DNA from: Bigelowiella natans CCMP2755
Taxonomy: Eukaryota > Protista > Cercozoa
Reading direction: 5' to 3'
Length of the DNA: 51,163 nt
Assembly (NCBI GenBank): GCA_000320545.1
Contig: ADNK01003417.1
Coordinates: 1-51,163 of the forward strand
Position 1 is the first letter of the stretch; each line of letters opens with the position of its first letter. Both the position numbers and the translations under genes were made by a program. Under the pieces are notes generated by a model. That model searched no databases and was not told the DNA's origin. It was given only the letters and a program-made list of their open reading frames with translations. This document shows positions 13,573 through 24,727 of the stretch, piece by piece.

Positions 13573-14206
13573 AGATGTAATGAACATGTTTAATTTTTTA
13601 ATTATATCATCCTGCATGCGTACGATGTAGCTATGGAAAGCTGCGGCTACGTATATACAGCGCTACTGTTGTATAACCACATAATCTGGTGATATGGTCT
13701 ATTAACCGCTTGATCGATAGCTTATTTTCATCCCTTTTGGGCTGCCCCTTCGATGTTTGTATTCGGATTTTTTGCAGAAAACCAACTATGTGAGCGTGAC
13801 AGCACATACATGCTAGCATGAGCAATAGAGTGTCAGGTCACACTGTATAACTGCGCACTGCAAATAGCTGTTAACAGCTGTGTACGTACATAACATGATG
13901 TATACACTTAGCTCGATGGAAGTAGGCCTGAGCTTGGAATGAAATACAAGTCACACACTGTGCCATGATGATGATTAGACATCGAATCGAATGACAGCTA
14001 GCTTTAATTGATGGACGTACGTATTGTCCATACAGCAAGTATCTCACACAACATACTTGTACATGTATATGCACATCATGTCGAGTCGTCGAGACGTCTA
14101 GACGTGTTTAAGTACATGCCACTCAATATCGTTTAATCTGTTCTTTGAACCCACAAATGTAACATTCATCGTCATGACACAACCATGTAGCTTCTTGGAT
14201 TATGAT

Positions 14207-15076
14207 CTAATTTATGTACGTCGACATGCGACGGCAATGAGACGAATTCAAATCCTGAATGCAGAACAAAATACACCTGATATGCTGACAAAGCGCGTAA
14301 ATGATCATGTGGATATTCAACCTTTAAAGCTGTTTCAAGCTGACTGCCAAACTGCTTCAGAACCGCAAAATCACACTGCATCAGTTCTGATTTCTCCTTC
14401 ACTCCTATAATTATTATTTTTGCGATTATGGATGGAGCTTCACTTCTCTAAACTTTGGGAATCGTGACACTAACCATCGTCTGTCTCAATTTCGAGAAGG
14501 AATGAGGGCCTTATTTCATGATGAAGACTGCGGCTGGACATCTGTTAGTATCGAGAGTGGGAGAAAGCATACAACCAATTCAAACAGGATAAACCGATTT
14601 ATGATAAAAATAATGTCGTGTGAGCGCGCGCGCGCGCGTGTGTGTGTTTGTGTGTGCTCTATTTTCTTGCTGGCGAGCACCTCAAGTTCCAATCGCCAAT
14701 TCAAGCTTTTATAGTGCGGAAGCCTCTTCGAGTTCTTTGAGAGCATTCCACGAATGTTTTCGACGTTCGCAACATAGAACTTTAAGAGGAGGGGGGAGGA
14801 AGAGTTGCTGGTTAAGTTCTTATACGTATGCATTCAATAAGCACACGTGCGCAAAGAGGCTCTTCCTCTCCGCAGACATGCATGCGATAAAGAACACGGA
14901 AGAAAAAGATTTGCAAAAAAGAACCAGCGAGGGAGGGGAAACTAAAGCGGAAAATTGCATTCGCTCCAGGTAGAATCACCTCATACAGTATCGTAAATTA
15001 GTTATGAAGTCGCAGTAGAATCACCTCATACAGAATCGTCGGGTAACCATCTGGTAGCTTCAAAGTCTACAAAAAA

Positions 15077-15125
<49 letters not shown>

Positions 15126-15442
15126 CGATTTCGTCATTGAAAGTCTGGCCATAATAACAACATGTTCCGGCGCATTATTGGTCTTGACCTTGGCTATGAT
15201 GTTAAAGTTCGACTGGCTGAGCTGCTTCTTACAACATGCGAGAAAGAACCCAGACAAGCCTTCAACCACAGCACCAACATCTGCAGTAGACATTCCGAGC
15301 TCTTCTGTAAATTTATGGAATTTATCGATAAGAGTAGATTTGTGTAGTGTGCATATGTACCCACCCGTCGGCATATGACAAAAGGCACGAGCATAAATAC
15401 ACATGGACATGTACACAATGTGCTCTCCTACCCTTTCTCCCT

Positions 15443-15531
<89 letters not shown>

Positions 15532-15902
15532 TCAGTTAGTCTCGTTGTGATTGTACGTGGATGTGTGTAAGTGTGTTTGTTGTGTGTTTTGTGTGTATGA
15601 ATTCGTGAAAGAAAGCATATCTGAGTCTTCACACACACACAAACGAACACAGATTTTGTGAAAAATATCAAAATCTTCTTACTTGCAGTTCGAGAAAACA
15701 ATTTTTTGTCTGTTCCAGAAGCTTTGAAGTTGTGAATGCAAAGCTCACAGCATTTTTTCAGCTGCTTTCCATCGATCTGCGGGGCAGGGAGGCGGCAACA
15801 AATCACACCATGCAAGAGCACGAAAACAGCTTGTTACTGAGATCCTAAGTCGTGCACCTTGGTAAGGGCCTCAAGATCCACAGACTCGATGAGAACAGAC
15901 AT
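14207..15902 (-). CDS. COMMD2: COMM domain-containing protein 2 (Commander/CCC complex), multi-exon
   Basis: Spliced product includes VEGLSGFFLACCK, LPHYKSLNWRLELE, SSRSLHHEIRPSFLL, QCDFAVLKQFGSQLETALK-DLNSSHCRRMSTYIN*. These match COMMD2 LPSYHNLEWRLDV/ASRSLRQQIKP/HCRR.. Confidence 0.88.
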
Positions 15903-16349
15903 ACGTGTGCGGTGGGGGACTCCTCCTCCTCGTAAACTTCGAAAAAAAATGGCTCCCCGCAAGGGCCAGGAATCTGAAGATTCTAAGTATTACCTGAAAT
16001 CGGAAATAGCCTTAATTCCTCTCCTGCGACTGCATAAATAATTTATTCATAAAACAATGTGGTTTTATCATCGCGACAATGACATCCATCCCGAAATGAG
16101 CACGGCCACATGGAGTTGGTAGTCCCTTGGGCTGTGCTTCATCTCCTCGCATATGAGCGCGGTCGAAGGATCCATTTCAGGCATTTCGTAGCCGGCCAAA
16201 CTTCCTACGAGCTGAGCATAGTGCTGCAACGAACTCTCGAGGGATGACGAGGGGCGTTTCTTCGGGAAATTGAACGTTGGGGTCGTCGCAGGTATAAACC
16301 TCCGAATACATGCAGATTCCCGCTTGCCCGCACTGCCGCAAAACCCAAG

Positions 16350-19332
16350 ATGTGGGCCCTGTTGCTTCTCCTGCTGGGAGCGCCTTTCCCCTCAAAGGCA
16401 GCGTGGTATTCTCATGCAGGCCGCGAGTCTCTTCTCGAAGTGGGTGGCGATGGAAAATCTACTGGAAGTAGCGAAATCAGGGTGGAGCCCTGGGATGAAG
16501 TCGCCAACGGGGAGGATGGATCGATTCACATATGCATCTTTTCCGATCGCGTCCAAGGTCTCAAAGCAACCCTGAAGAGCACCGCCCTCAACGCAAAGCA
16601 CCCGGAGAAGATTCACATTTGGATCGTGACGGACAACACCACGGCCGTGGACATCGTGGCTTCATACCTGCACGACACGGGGCTAACGATCCACCCCCTC
16701 GACCTCGAAGCGGTGGTGAACAACCTCCTCCTGGATACGGGGTACAAACCGGTCTGGACGTGGGACGTTTACAACTCGAGCGTGAAGGATGCAAACGCCA
16801 ACTGGGATCCTGCATGGGCTAATGAGAACACCGCACACCCCGGCGTGTGGGACCACTCGACCATGCACATGCACCCGCTCAACCACCTGCGCTTCTATAT
16901 CCCGTACGTCAAGGAATTCTCCCGCCTAGACCGAATAATCTTCATGGACGACGACCTCATTATCCAGGGAGACGTACAGCAGGCGTGGGATGCAAAGCAA
17001 AATCTGACCGAGGGCAAGATGCTGGTGGGGGCATGCGAGATCTGGAAGTGGGGCGACTCGTCCTCCGCGTTCGAGTACAGCGGAAAGAACTCGAGCTATG
17101 CGAAGTCTTCCGCTCTCGCTCAGGTCGGACGTCCAATAGATGAAACGTACTGTGGCCCAGACAAGGATGTGTGGTGCGTGGGCAGCAACCACTGGGAAAA
17201 CCTCAATCGGCGCAGCATCGAGATCAACGGCAAGCCGTTCGAGCCGGAGAGCCAGCCGGAATGGAACTTCGGCTTCACCCTCTTCGACCTCGGGGAGTGG
17301 AAGAGACTCGAATTGACGTCCAAATACGAGAAGTGGATGCGGGCGAACTATGAGGACCACATCTTCCCGGAGACCTCCCTGATGTACGGCCTCGGAATCC
17401 CCTTCCTCGCCTACTACGATCACGTATCGTGCTGGGACGACATCACGGAGCCGAAAATCAAGATCCGCGACGGCTTCGGGTACATCACCTTCCCGGAGTT
17501 CCAGTTCAACGGGCTAGATGCAACCTACCTCACCAGCGGCTTCGTCCTTCACTACGACGGCTGGCTGAAGCCGTGGTACTCACAGGCCGACCCCATCTTC
17601 GCCATTCCCTACCAAAAAACGATGCAGAACGTCGAGTTTACCGAGTACAAGGCTTTGATGGAGGACCCGGAGACAGTGAAGCAAAAGCTGGATGTGCGCG
17701 GATCTTTCGTTGTGCTTTCCGAGCCCCGTGCGGGCTCCGAGTGGTTCATGAGCGTTCTTGACCAGCACCCGGACGTCTGCGCGAGCGGAACAGCGACCAG
17801 CCAGGGTAAACTTCTTTATCTCAAAGAGCCCTTGCATTTTTTGGGGACAGACTCATGTTTCTTTCCGACCAACATGCAAGAGAGGAGGAGCGGTTCTGAG
17901 TCGCTAAATTACAGCGTTTCTAGAGTGGTGGGGTGGGGACGGGGGGGAATCAGCACACTTCCCTTCAATAATAATAATCATCGTCGTAATCATGCTAACC
18001 AACCAGCACATTTCCTTCAATAATAATAATTATCATCGTCATCATGCTAGCCACTCTCTCACTGTTATGATCAATCTCCCTCCCCTCTCTCTCTCTCTCT
18101 CTTTCTCTATTATAACAATTCCAGGCGGCCGAGTCGGGTTTCCCCGCGACATCTTTCTCCCGTACGACAAGGGCACGAGGTACTTCGAGGAGCACGCCGA
18201 GAAGATGCGGATGCAGTGCTACTGGTCGTTCGTCGAGAAGTGGCTGCCTCTGATCGCGGAGAACATCGAATGGTGCGACGACGCTGCGGAGCCCCGAGCT
18301 CTCCCAGAAGTGGCGAGACCGATCCGCCGCCATTTGCCGAAGCTGTGTCAGTGGGCGAAACGTCACGGTGACGGCGGGAAGCAGCAGGTTGCTAACAAGG
18401 CCGAGCTTTTCCTCGAGTATTTCGAGCGTGTTATGAAGGCCGACAGCGAGTCCTGGGCGTGCCAGTGCCCGAAAGAGACGAAGGTCGCCGGGACGCGCAT
18501 CATGACCGACTGGATCGGGAAGACCTTCAAGGGGAAACAGGGCCTCAATCTCGATAGGAACGAGCTCGACAACGGAACAGTGCTTGCTGAGAGCGGCGTC
18601 CCCTCTCTCTGGACGAGCATCCGGACCGTCAAACCAAAGATCATATACTTCAAGCGGAACATCGTGGACGAGCTCATCTCCCGCCACGTCGCGTCTGCAA
18701 CGGGCATCTTCCACGCGAAGACCGAGGACGACGCCGCCAAGATCAGGAGTAAGGGGAAGAACGTGACGCTGAAAGCTAACGGGATCAGCTGGGAGCTGCT
18801 TCGGCGCGGCCAGCACCGCGACTACATCCAGCAGAAGCTAGAAGCCTCCGGCCTCGACGTTTTGTACCTGGATTATGAGATCTGCAGGAAGGACATGCGA
18901 GCCTGCATGGAGATGGCGGAGAAGTTCCTCGGCGTCGAGGAGTACGGGGCCTACAACTACAAGACGACTCGGAAATCGATCGACTTGAGCGTCGGCGACG
19001 TGGTCGGCAACTATCAGAGCGTGCTGGAAGCCATAGAGAAGAAGGGGCTCAACCGATATCTTTCCCAGCAGTGGGTTGCCCTGGTGAGCAAAGGTGTTAA
19101 TGCCGGTGCTATTCAGGCCCCCACAGGTGCTGCTACTGCTACTCATGCGGCTTCTCGCCTCAGAGCAAATAGCTCTGCGAACCAAGCGATGTCGAAGCCG
19201 CTGAAGTCATCTTCCACGCCGAGCAGCTTCATAAAAATCTCGTATCAAATATACCAACATGCCAGGGAGGGGGAGCATCACCAAGACTTGCGAGCGGTGC
19301 ACGCGCTCGCTCAATCCGAACACGAACATTAA
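16350..19332 (+). CDS. Secreted/Golgi GT8 glycosyltransferase (GAUT/galacturonosyltransferase-like) fused to a C-terminal sulfotransferase domain; intron 17806-18124
   Basis: Signal peptide MWALLLLLLGAPF; GT8/GAUT motifs NHLRFYIP, IIFMDDDLIIQGD (DxD), WNFGFTLFDLGEWK, LHYDGWLKPW. Then sulfotransferase 5'-PSB-like FVVLSEPRAGSEWFMSVLDQHPDV, 3'-PB-like KIIYFKRNIVDELIS, and LYLDYE. The 3' end could be further spliced. Confidence 0.85.
17951..18053 (+). repeat. ~54-bp imperfect tandem duplication in the GT8 gene intron
   Basis: CAGCACA..CCTTCAATAATAATAAT..CATCGTC..ATCATGCTA.CCA twice. Confidence 0.85.
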
Positions 19333-19624
19333 GACGAACAATGGCATCATGGAGTGACTTCATCACGATGCGGACTTTTTGCCCACGCCACGGTACCCAG
19401 TCGATCATTGCGTGAAAGCTGATGCACACAACATCACATTTTCCAATTTGCTAATGTCTTCATTCTAGCTGCTCATCGAACAGCGGCCCCATCGCATGGG
19501 CAGATGTGGGCATCACAAATTCACGCTAACAAATCAGTACGTGTACCAAGTGCTAGCTGGCGGTACGCAGGGCCGCTGTGAAAGGCGAACCATGTGATCT
19601 AGTGATGTGCAAATGTGCACATGT

Positions 19625-19897
19625 GGCATTGCACAAATTGCAGCTTGCCGCAAAAAGCGCGGCGTCGCTTGCGTGCAGATGAATGATTGTCGTGAGCACA
19701 CAGCCACAGCCAGTTGATTGCGCACGCGCACTTTCCAATCGCGCGCATTTGCATGCATTGCGCACGATGCACGTGTTCCAGCACACATGCTGCTGCGTGG
19801 ACGTGCAGTCTTGGCGCACACATGCGCACGTGTGCTGCACTGCACGCACACGCGTTCCAATGATGCGCGCACGCACGTGTCAACACGTCAATTGTTG
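19625..19897 (-). repeat. Dispersed repeat, inverted copy of ~26165-26545; TpA-free
   Basis: CAAATTGCAGCTTGCCGCAAAAAGCGCGGCGTCGC and GATGCGCGCACGCACGTGTCAACACGTCAATTGTTG are exact reverse complements of segments at ~26502-26536 and ~26165-26200. Confidence 0.9.
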
Positions 19898-20505
19898 CGC
19901 AGATTTTGCAACACAACGCTCACATTGTTCGATGGAAAAAGTCAATCGTGCAATGCAGCTGAGTGCATTGACTGCATGCCTACTAGATGCGTGTGTCGCG
20001 TTTTGCGCGTCTGCACGTGCACGTCAATGATTTGACGTGTCATGGTGTCATGTGCATGCTTTGACAGAGATTGCTGTCTTGCTCTGTCTGCCCTTGCATC
20101 ATTTGCGTGCATTGCGAATTCACCCCAGCTTGGTTTTTTGATCCAGTGATCAGTCTCACACGCACGCAACAAACACCTTCAACACAATTACAACACTGAA
20201 TTCCCCAAGCTGTGCATTTGGATAGAGCGGAGCTACGTCGAGGGTTTTTGTTCCCTGGACTGGCTAATCGCAGAGCTAATGACGACCTAGTTTCACGAGC
20301 TACAGATTTCACAAAGCAGCAGTCTCTCCCCGAGCCCGCCCCACATTCATTTCACCACTGCTTTCCCATTGTTGAGGAAGAGGGGGAAGGAAAACTCAAA
20401 GATGCCTTTCCACAGATCACCAAACTATTCGACTAGTTTCCGTATTTTGCAACAACGACGGTAAAAACGGTAAAAACGGTAAAAACGCCAATGGGGTGTT
20501 CCTTA

Positions 20506-20725
20506 TTACTCGACAGTTGCACGGTCCCCTTCAACACGCTCCAAAACCTCTCCAGTCTTATAATAAAGATGTTGTCCAAAGCACACAAATCAGAAGTATA
20601 ACCACCACCAGCAGCAGCAGCAGTAGTAGTAGTAGTAGTAGTAGCGACAGCAGCAGAAGCATACTTGCAACACGTACACACCGTAAACACACACACGCAC
20701 ACACATACACAGTTTGATGTATTAT

Positions 20726-20779
<54 letters not shown>

Positions 20780-21190
20780 ATTATTGTTAATCAACCCCAT
20801 GTATTCATTACGACTATGCATCGACATGAGAAATAAATACATGCGTAGTTCTTACTTCATTGCGGCAGTAAAAGACCCTGCCAATATCTATATAGTCCCC
20901 ATCATCAAGTACATTGTCCAGGTATTCCTTGAGCTGTTTCGGAGACACCTTGTACCTAGGCAATACAGCAATTCAAGTGTTGAACGGAAGGAGACACACA
21001 CACATACACACACACACACATACACCTAGACGCGCAGAGAGAGGGAGGGAGAGAGAGAGGGAGATAGATAATAACTTTGCAAACATTATGACACAGTACT
21101 CTTGTGGCTCTTCAAGGACAATGTTCACTGGGGGAGGGTTGGGGGACTTGCACCTTGGGGCGGGTACTCGTAGCCATCGAGGTATCCGGT
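20506..21190 (-). CDS. Possible small spliced gene or gene remnant of unknown function
   Basis: AG/GTAAG-bounded exon ~20856-20956 encodes YKVSPKQLKEYLDNVLDDGDYIDIGRVFYCRNE and is flanked by microsatellite-rich intron-like DNA; a plausible last exon is TGEVLERVEGDRATVE*. Start not identifiable. Confidence 0.35.
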
Positions 21191-21214
21191 AAGCGAATTG
21201 GCGCGAAATAATTT

Positions 21215-21258
21215 TGAAATTTGAAAAATTCAGGAATTCCTGAATTTTTCAAATTTCA
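21215..21258. repeat. Perfect 44-bp palindrome
   Basis: TGAAATTTGAAAAATTCAGGAA|TTCCTGAATTTTTCAAATTTCA. Confidence 0.95.
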
Positions 21259-21415
21259 CGATGAACTACTAAAATAAATTAAGGTTATTCACTTTTAATG
21301 AATAGTTCATCGAAAATGCTGACAAAATAATTACAAATTTGGTTCCAAATGAATGTCGCACACACTCAAAGGCATGCATTAAATGCCTCATGATGCTGCA
21401 CAAGTTGTGGTCTAT

Positions 21416-21890
21416 GACCCGTTCCACGCAAATACAAACTGACCAACCAACTGACCAACCACCTTCGATATCACCTAATTTAATTTATTTTATTTTCGAA
21501 GCGCCTTTTTATGAAGACTGACCAACCAAAGTTTGAAAAGTGACCAGTTTTACAACTTCAAACCGACCAGTCGGAACTGACCAGTGTTGTCATGTTGTTG
21601 TCTGGTGCAAAATAAGAAAAAATCCAAAAACAACATGATTTTTCTCGTTATGTCATCTCACGCACATCATGCTGATGTCAAACCGAACAACATGTGCAAA
21701 ATATGAGAAAGTCAAAAATTGTATGGCAAAACATAGCAAAATTTTTGTTGGTCAGATTGGTTGGTCAGTCAGTTTTGTATTTGCGTGGAACGAGCAAAAA
21801 TCCATGAAAATCAACATCCAAAATCACCAAAAAAAAACCAACGCAGATTGGTTGGTCGGTTGGTCAGTTTGTATTTGCGTGGAACGGGTC
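21416..21890. mobile_element. Non-autonomous TIR element (MITE), ~475 bp
   Basis: 33-bp perfect TIR GACCCGTTCCACGCAAATACAAACTGACCAACC / GGTTGGTCAGTTTGTATTTGCGTGGAACGGGTC. Flanking direct repeat is TAT (or TCTATGA if the TIR starts at CCC). Multiple internal TGACCA repeats; extra right-end copy at ~21746-21792. Confidence 0.9.
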
Positions 21891-22195
21891 TATGATCAAT
21901 GTAGATCTGTAGATCTAGATCTAGAAATGAAATGTGTTTGTTGCTATTAATAGGGTACCCTAATAGTAATGTTGAGTAGCAACCCGCACATTGCGCAAAT
22001 AGCCACGTTGCGTGGCACTTTATTTGACCCCATTTGTGCCTAATCTGTCCCGAAAGTTGCCCTTGCGATTGAATAAAGGTGTTTAAGATGATGTCGTAGT
22101 ACTAAAATAGTATCTAATTTATGTTTTAAATAATAAATGTGTCCCTTCTTGATATGAAATTTGACAGAGTCGTAGATTTCATCTGCTACGTCAAG

Positions 22196-24361
22196 ATGAT
22201 CCAGCGCTTCATCTTCCTCTTCCTCACTGTTGTCTGTGCAGGGCAACCTTTCTCTATTTTTTTCGGAAACTCGAACCCGGCATTTCCATACTACACGGAA
22301 AAATGCACACAAGTTGATGACGCCTACATTTGCCTTACACAAACGTCGAGTTCATACCAAGTGCACAAAATTTTAAAGCTCAACCTAACTACCATGGTGA
22401 CTACCGAGCAAGATCTAACCAACAACATCGCAGTAGAGGACGCCTCAAATCGAGTTTATGGGCAGTGTGTGTATCATGATGACGGCTTCTTGTATTGCCC
22501 AAGGGATACGAGCCTGGGTTCCGGCTTTGACCTGCTGAGAGTTGAACTTCACAACATAAGCAGCTACACACGCCTTACTGGAGACGGATTGACAATATTA
22601 AACATTCAACAAGGTCAAAGTCCGGTGACCTCAACTCCTTACACAGCATGTGTATCATCCCCAGGCAGAGGAGTTTACTGCCTCCCGGACAAAGGCGGTT
22701 TCGTCATAAAGGCAAATGCAACCCATTTTTGGCCCATCACCGGAGACACTTCCGGGGATACTAACTGGGTGAGCACCAACTACGTCACGGGCCAATGCTT
22801 TCTCGCGGGCACAAACGTGGTCTGTTCACCAAGAAAGAATTACTACACCGTGAAAATCGACACAGTGACTGATCAAGTAACGTGGGGGAATCAAAGTTTC
22901 CTGACTTTACTTGGCTTTTCCCATGGCAATTATATAACCCAATACTGCGTCCCGGTGAACAAGACCAGCGGTGAAATTGCCTACTGCATTTCAGGGCAAC
23001 AAACTGCAGTATTGGCTGTTTGGTCTCTCTATGGTGATGGAAGCGTCTCTGTGATCTATGATACAGGCTCGGTGCTGGGAAATAATTATGCAATAAGGAC
23101 CTGCTGTAAAGGATCAACGAATGCGACCACCATTTATTGCTTGCCTTCTGGCATAACGGACGGCTTCTTCCTGAAGATTGAAACTTTGACCGATCAAGTG
23201 TCAAATTTTACCAGCTCAATTAGCTCCCCACAATCCCGGAATTGCGCAGGATATAATGGCTACATTTACGCTGTACACAGTTCCGGTAGAAACGATCAGC
23301 CGTTCATCCTAGACACTTCTAATGACAGTACGACATATCCTGGCTACAGCGGTACCATATCTTCTTCAACTGTGCGATGGAGAGCGACGCCTGCTCTGTA
23401 CAATGGCTTCATTTACTTCCCTCCTGGGAAAGGTGAGATGGGTGGCTTTTCAATGTTCGAGGTTGTGTCTACCTCCAGCCCTGCTACGGCCAGCCCTGCT
23501 ACGGCCAGCCCCACTACAGTGAGCCCCACAGCCAGCCCTGCTACTGCGAGCCCTACGGCCAGCCCTGCTACGGCCAGCCCCGCTACAGTGAGCCCCACAG
23601 CCAGCCCTGCTACTGCGAGCCCTGCTACAGTGAGCCCCACAGCCAGCCCTGCTACAGTGAGCCCCACAGCCAGCCCTGCTACAGTGAACCCCACCGCGAA
23701 CCCCACAGCCAGCCCTACTACAGGGAGCCCCACATCCAGCCCTGCTACAGTGAGCCCCACCGCGAACCCCACTACCGCGAACCCCACTACCGTGAACCCT
23801 ACTACCGTTTCGCCCACTAGTAGCCCCACCGATAACAATCTACCTCATGACATTGAAGTCGATGTGGAGGTTTTGTTCCCCAGCGTGGTGATATCTGCTC
23901 TCACAAGCAATCAAAGAAGTCAATTCAGCACCAGCGTGAGGCAGGCAGTTGCGGTGTTCACCAGAATGTCGATTCGAAGGGTCACCGTTCTGAGCATGAG
24001 AACCGGAAGCACCATTGTTGTTCTCAAGACGATGTTTCCTGATGCCGAGGAAGCTGTGCGATATGAAAATGCCGTGGAAGACCGGCCTCGAGATGTTTGG
24101 AACAGCACTCATGGATTCGACAACACCAATTACGGGTATCCAGGAAGCGGGCGTGTTTTGCGTGCAAGCGACGATGATGACGAAGCTTCAGACACAAGCA
24201 CGATTGTTGGTGCAGTCCTCGGTGTTTTCTTTGCTCTTGTCATCGCTGCTGTTGTCTGGTACATGTGCTGCAAGAAGAAGAATGCAGAAACAGAAGGCAC
24301 TCCCGTTGTTGATGCGTCCCTCGCAAACGCCATCAGCATGAAGCCAGTGACTCGCATCTGA
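22196..24361 (+). CDS. Intronless type-I membrane surface protein: signal peptide, Cys-containing propeller-like repeats, Ser/Pro/Thr mucin-like stalk, SEA-like domain, TM, short tail
   Basis: MIQRFIFLFLTVVCAG signal; ~7 repeats ending GFLYCPR/GVYCLP/NVVCSP/IAYCIS/IYCLPS/YIYAVH/FIYFPP; (ASPAT/VSPT/ANPT)n; TM IVGAVLGVFFALVIAAVVWYMCC followed by KKK. Confidence 0.85.
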   Translation: MIQRFIFLFLTVVCAGQPFSIFFGNSNPAFPYYTEKCTQVDDAYICLTQTSSSYQVHKILKLNLTTMVTTEQDLTNNIAVEDASNRVYGQCVYHDDGFLYCPRDTSLGSGFDLLRVELHNISSYTRLTGDGLTILNIQQGQSPVTSTPYTACVSSPGRGVYCLPDKGGFVIKANATHFWPITGDTSGDTNWVSTNYVTGQCFLAGTNVVCSPRKNYYTVKIDTVTDQVTWGNQSFLTLLGFSHGNYITQYCVPVNKTSGEIAYCISGQQTAVLAVWSLYGDGSVSVIYDTGSVLGNNYAIRTCCKGSTNATTIYCLPSGITDGFFLKIETLTDQVSNFTSSISSPQSRNCAGYNGYIYAVHSSGRNDQPFILDTSNDSTTYPGYSGTISSSTVRWRATPALYNGFIYFPPGKGEMGGFSMFEVVSTSSPATASPATASPTTVSPTASPATASPTASPATASPATVSPTASPATASPATVSPTASPATVSPTASPATVNPTANPTASPTTGSPTSSPATVSPTANPTTANPTTVNPTTVSPTSSPTDNNLPHDIEVDVEVLFPSVVISALTSNQRSQFSTSVRQAVAVFTRMSIRRVTVLSMRTGSTIVVLKTMFPDAEEAVRYENAVEDRPRDVWNSTHGFDNTNYGYPGSGRVLRASDDDDEASDTSTIVGAVLGVFFALVIAAVVWYMCCKKKNAETEGTPVVDASLANAISMKPVTRI
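23470..23830 (+). repeat. Coding minisatellite (12/15-bp units) encoding SPT/SPAT repeats
   Basis: Tandem GCCAGCCCTGCTACG/GTGAGCCCCACA units. Confidence 0.95.
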
Positions 24362-24461
24362 GAAGTTTCGAGAGAATGGCACGTCCATCAGTGTGATGAT
24401 GGTAAAACAGAATGAAGAGCAAACAAGGGGAGCATGGACTTGATGTGCAATCAGAGACGAA

Positions 24462-24572
24462 ATAATAGACACAGTAATAGCATATATAGTATATATATGA
24501 TATTACATGTCTATACTTATAATAGACACAGTAATAGCACATATAGTATACATATGATATTACATGTCTATA
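24462..24572 (+). repeat. 57-bp tandem duplication downstream of the surface-protein gene
   Basis: ATAATAGACACAGTAATAGCA(T/C)ATATAGTATA(T/C)ATATGATATTACATGTCTATA occurs twice. Confidence 0.9.
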
Positions 24573-24727
24573 ATCGAATTTTGGATGTCTCAACGCAAGA
24601 GGTTTTTGAACCTAATGTCTCTGTCAAACCCATGCAGATGAATGGCTCCATCTGGACCACCATCGCTAAGACTTGATTACTGTCATGATGCACTAGTAGC
24701 TAGACACATGTTCACATCAGCCACAAT

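Noticed and set aside
17995-18816. 273-aa minus-strand ORF
   Set aside because: Antisense shadow of the sulfotransferase exon.
19534-20035. Multiple overlapping Cys/His/Ala/Arg-rich ORFs (also at 25900-26800)
   Set aside because: Loss of TpA removes TAA/TAG stops in all frames, so the open frames are a by-product rather than genes.
20458-20487. (ACGGTAAAA)3 as a telomere-like or regulatory repeat
   Set aside because: Only three units with no other occurrence; ordinary slippage.
23470-23830. CRISPR-like or mobile repeat array
   Set aside because: In-frame coding minisatellite with no unique spacers; eukaryotic context.
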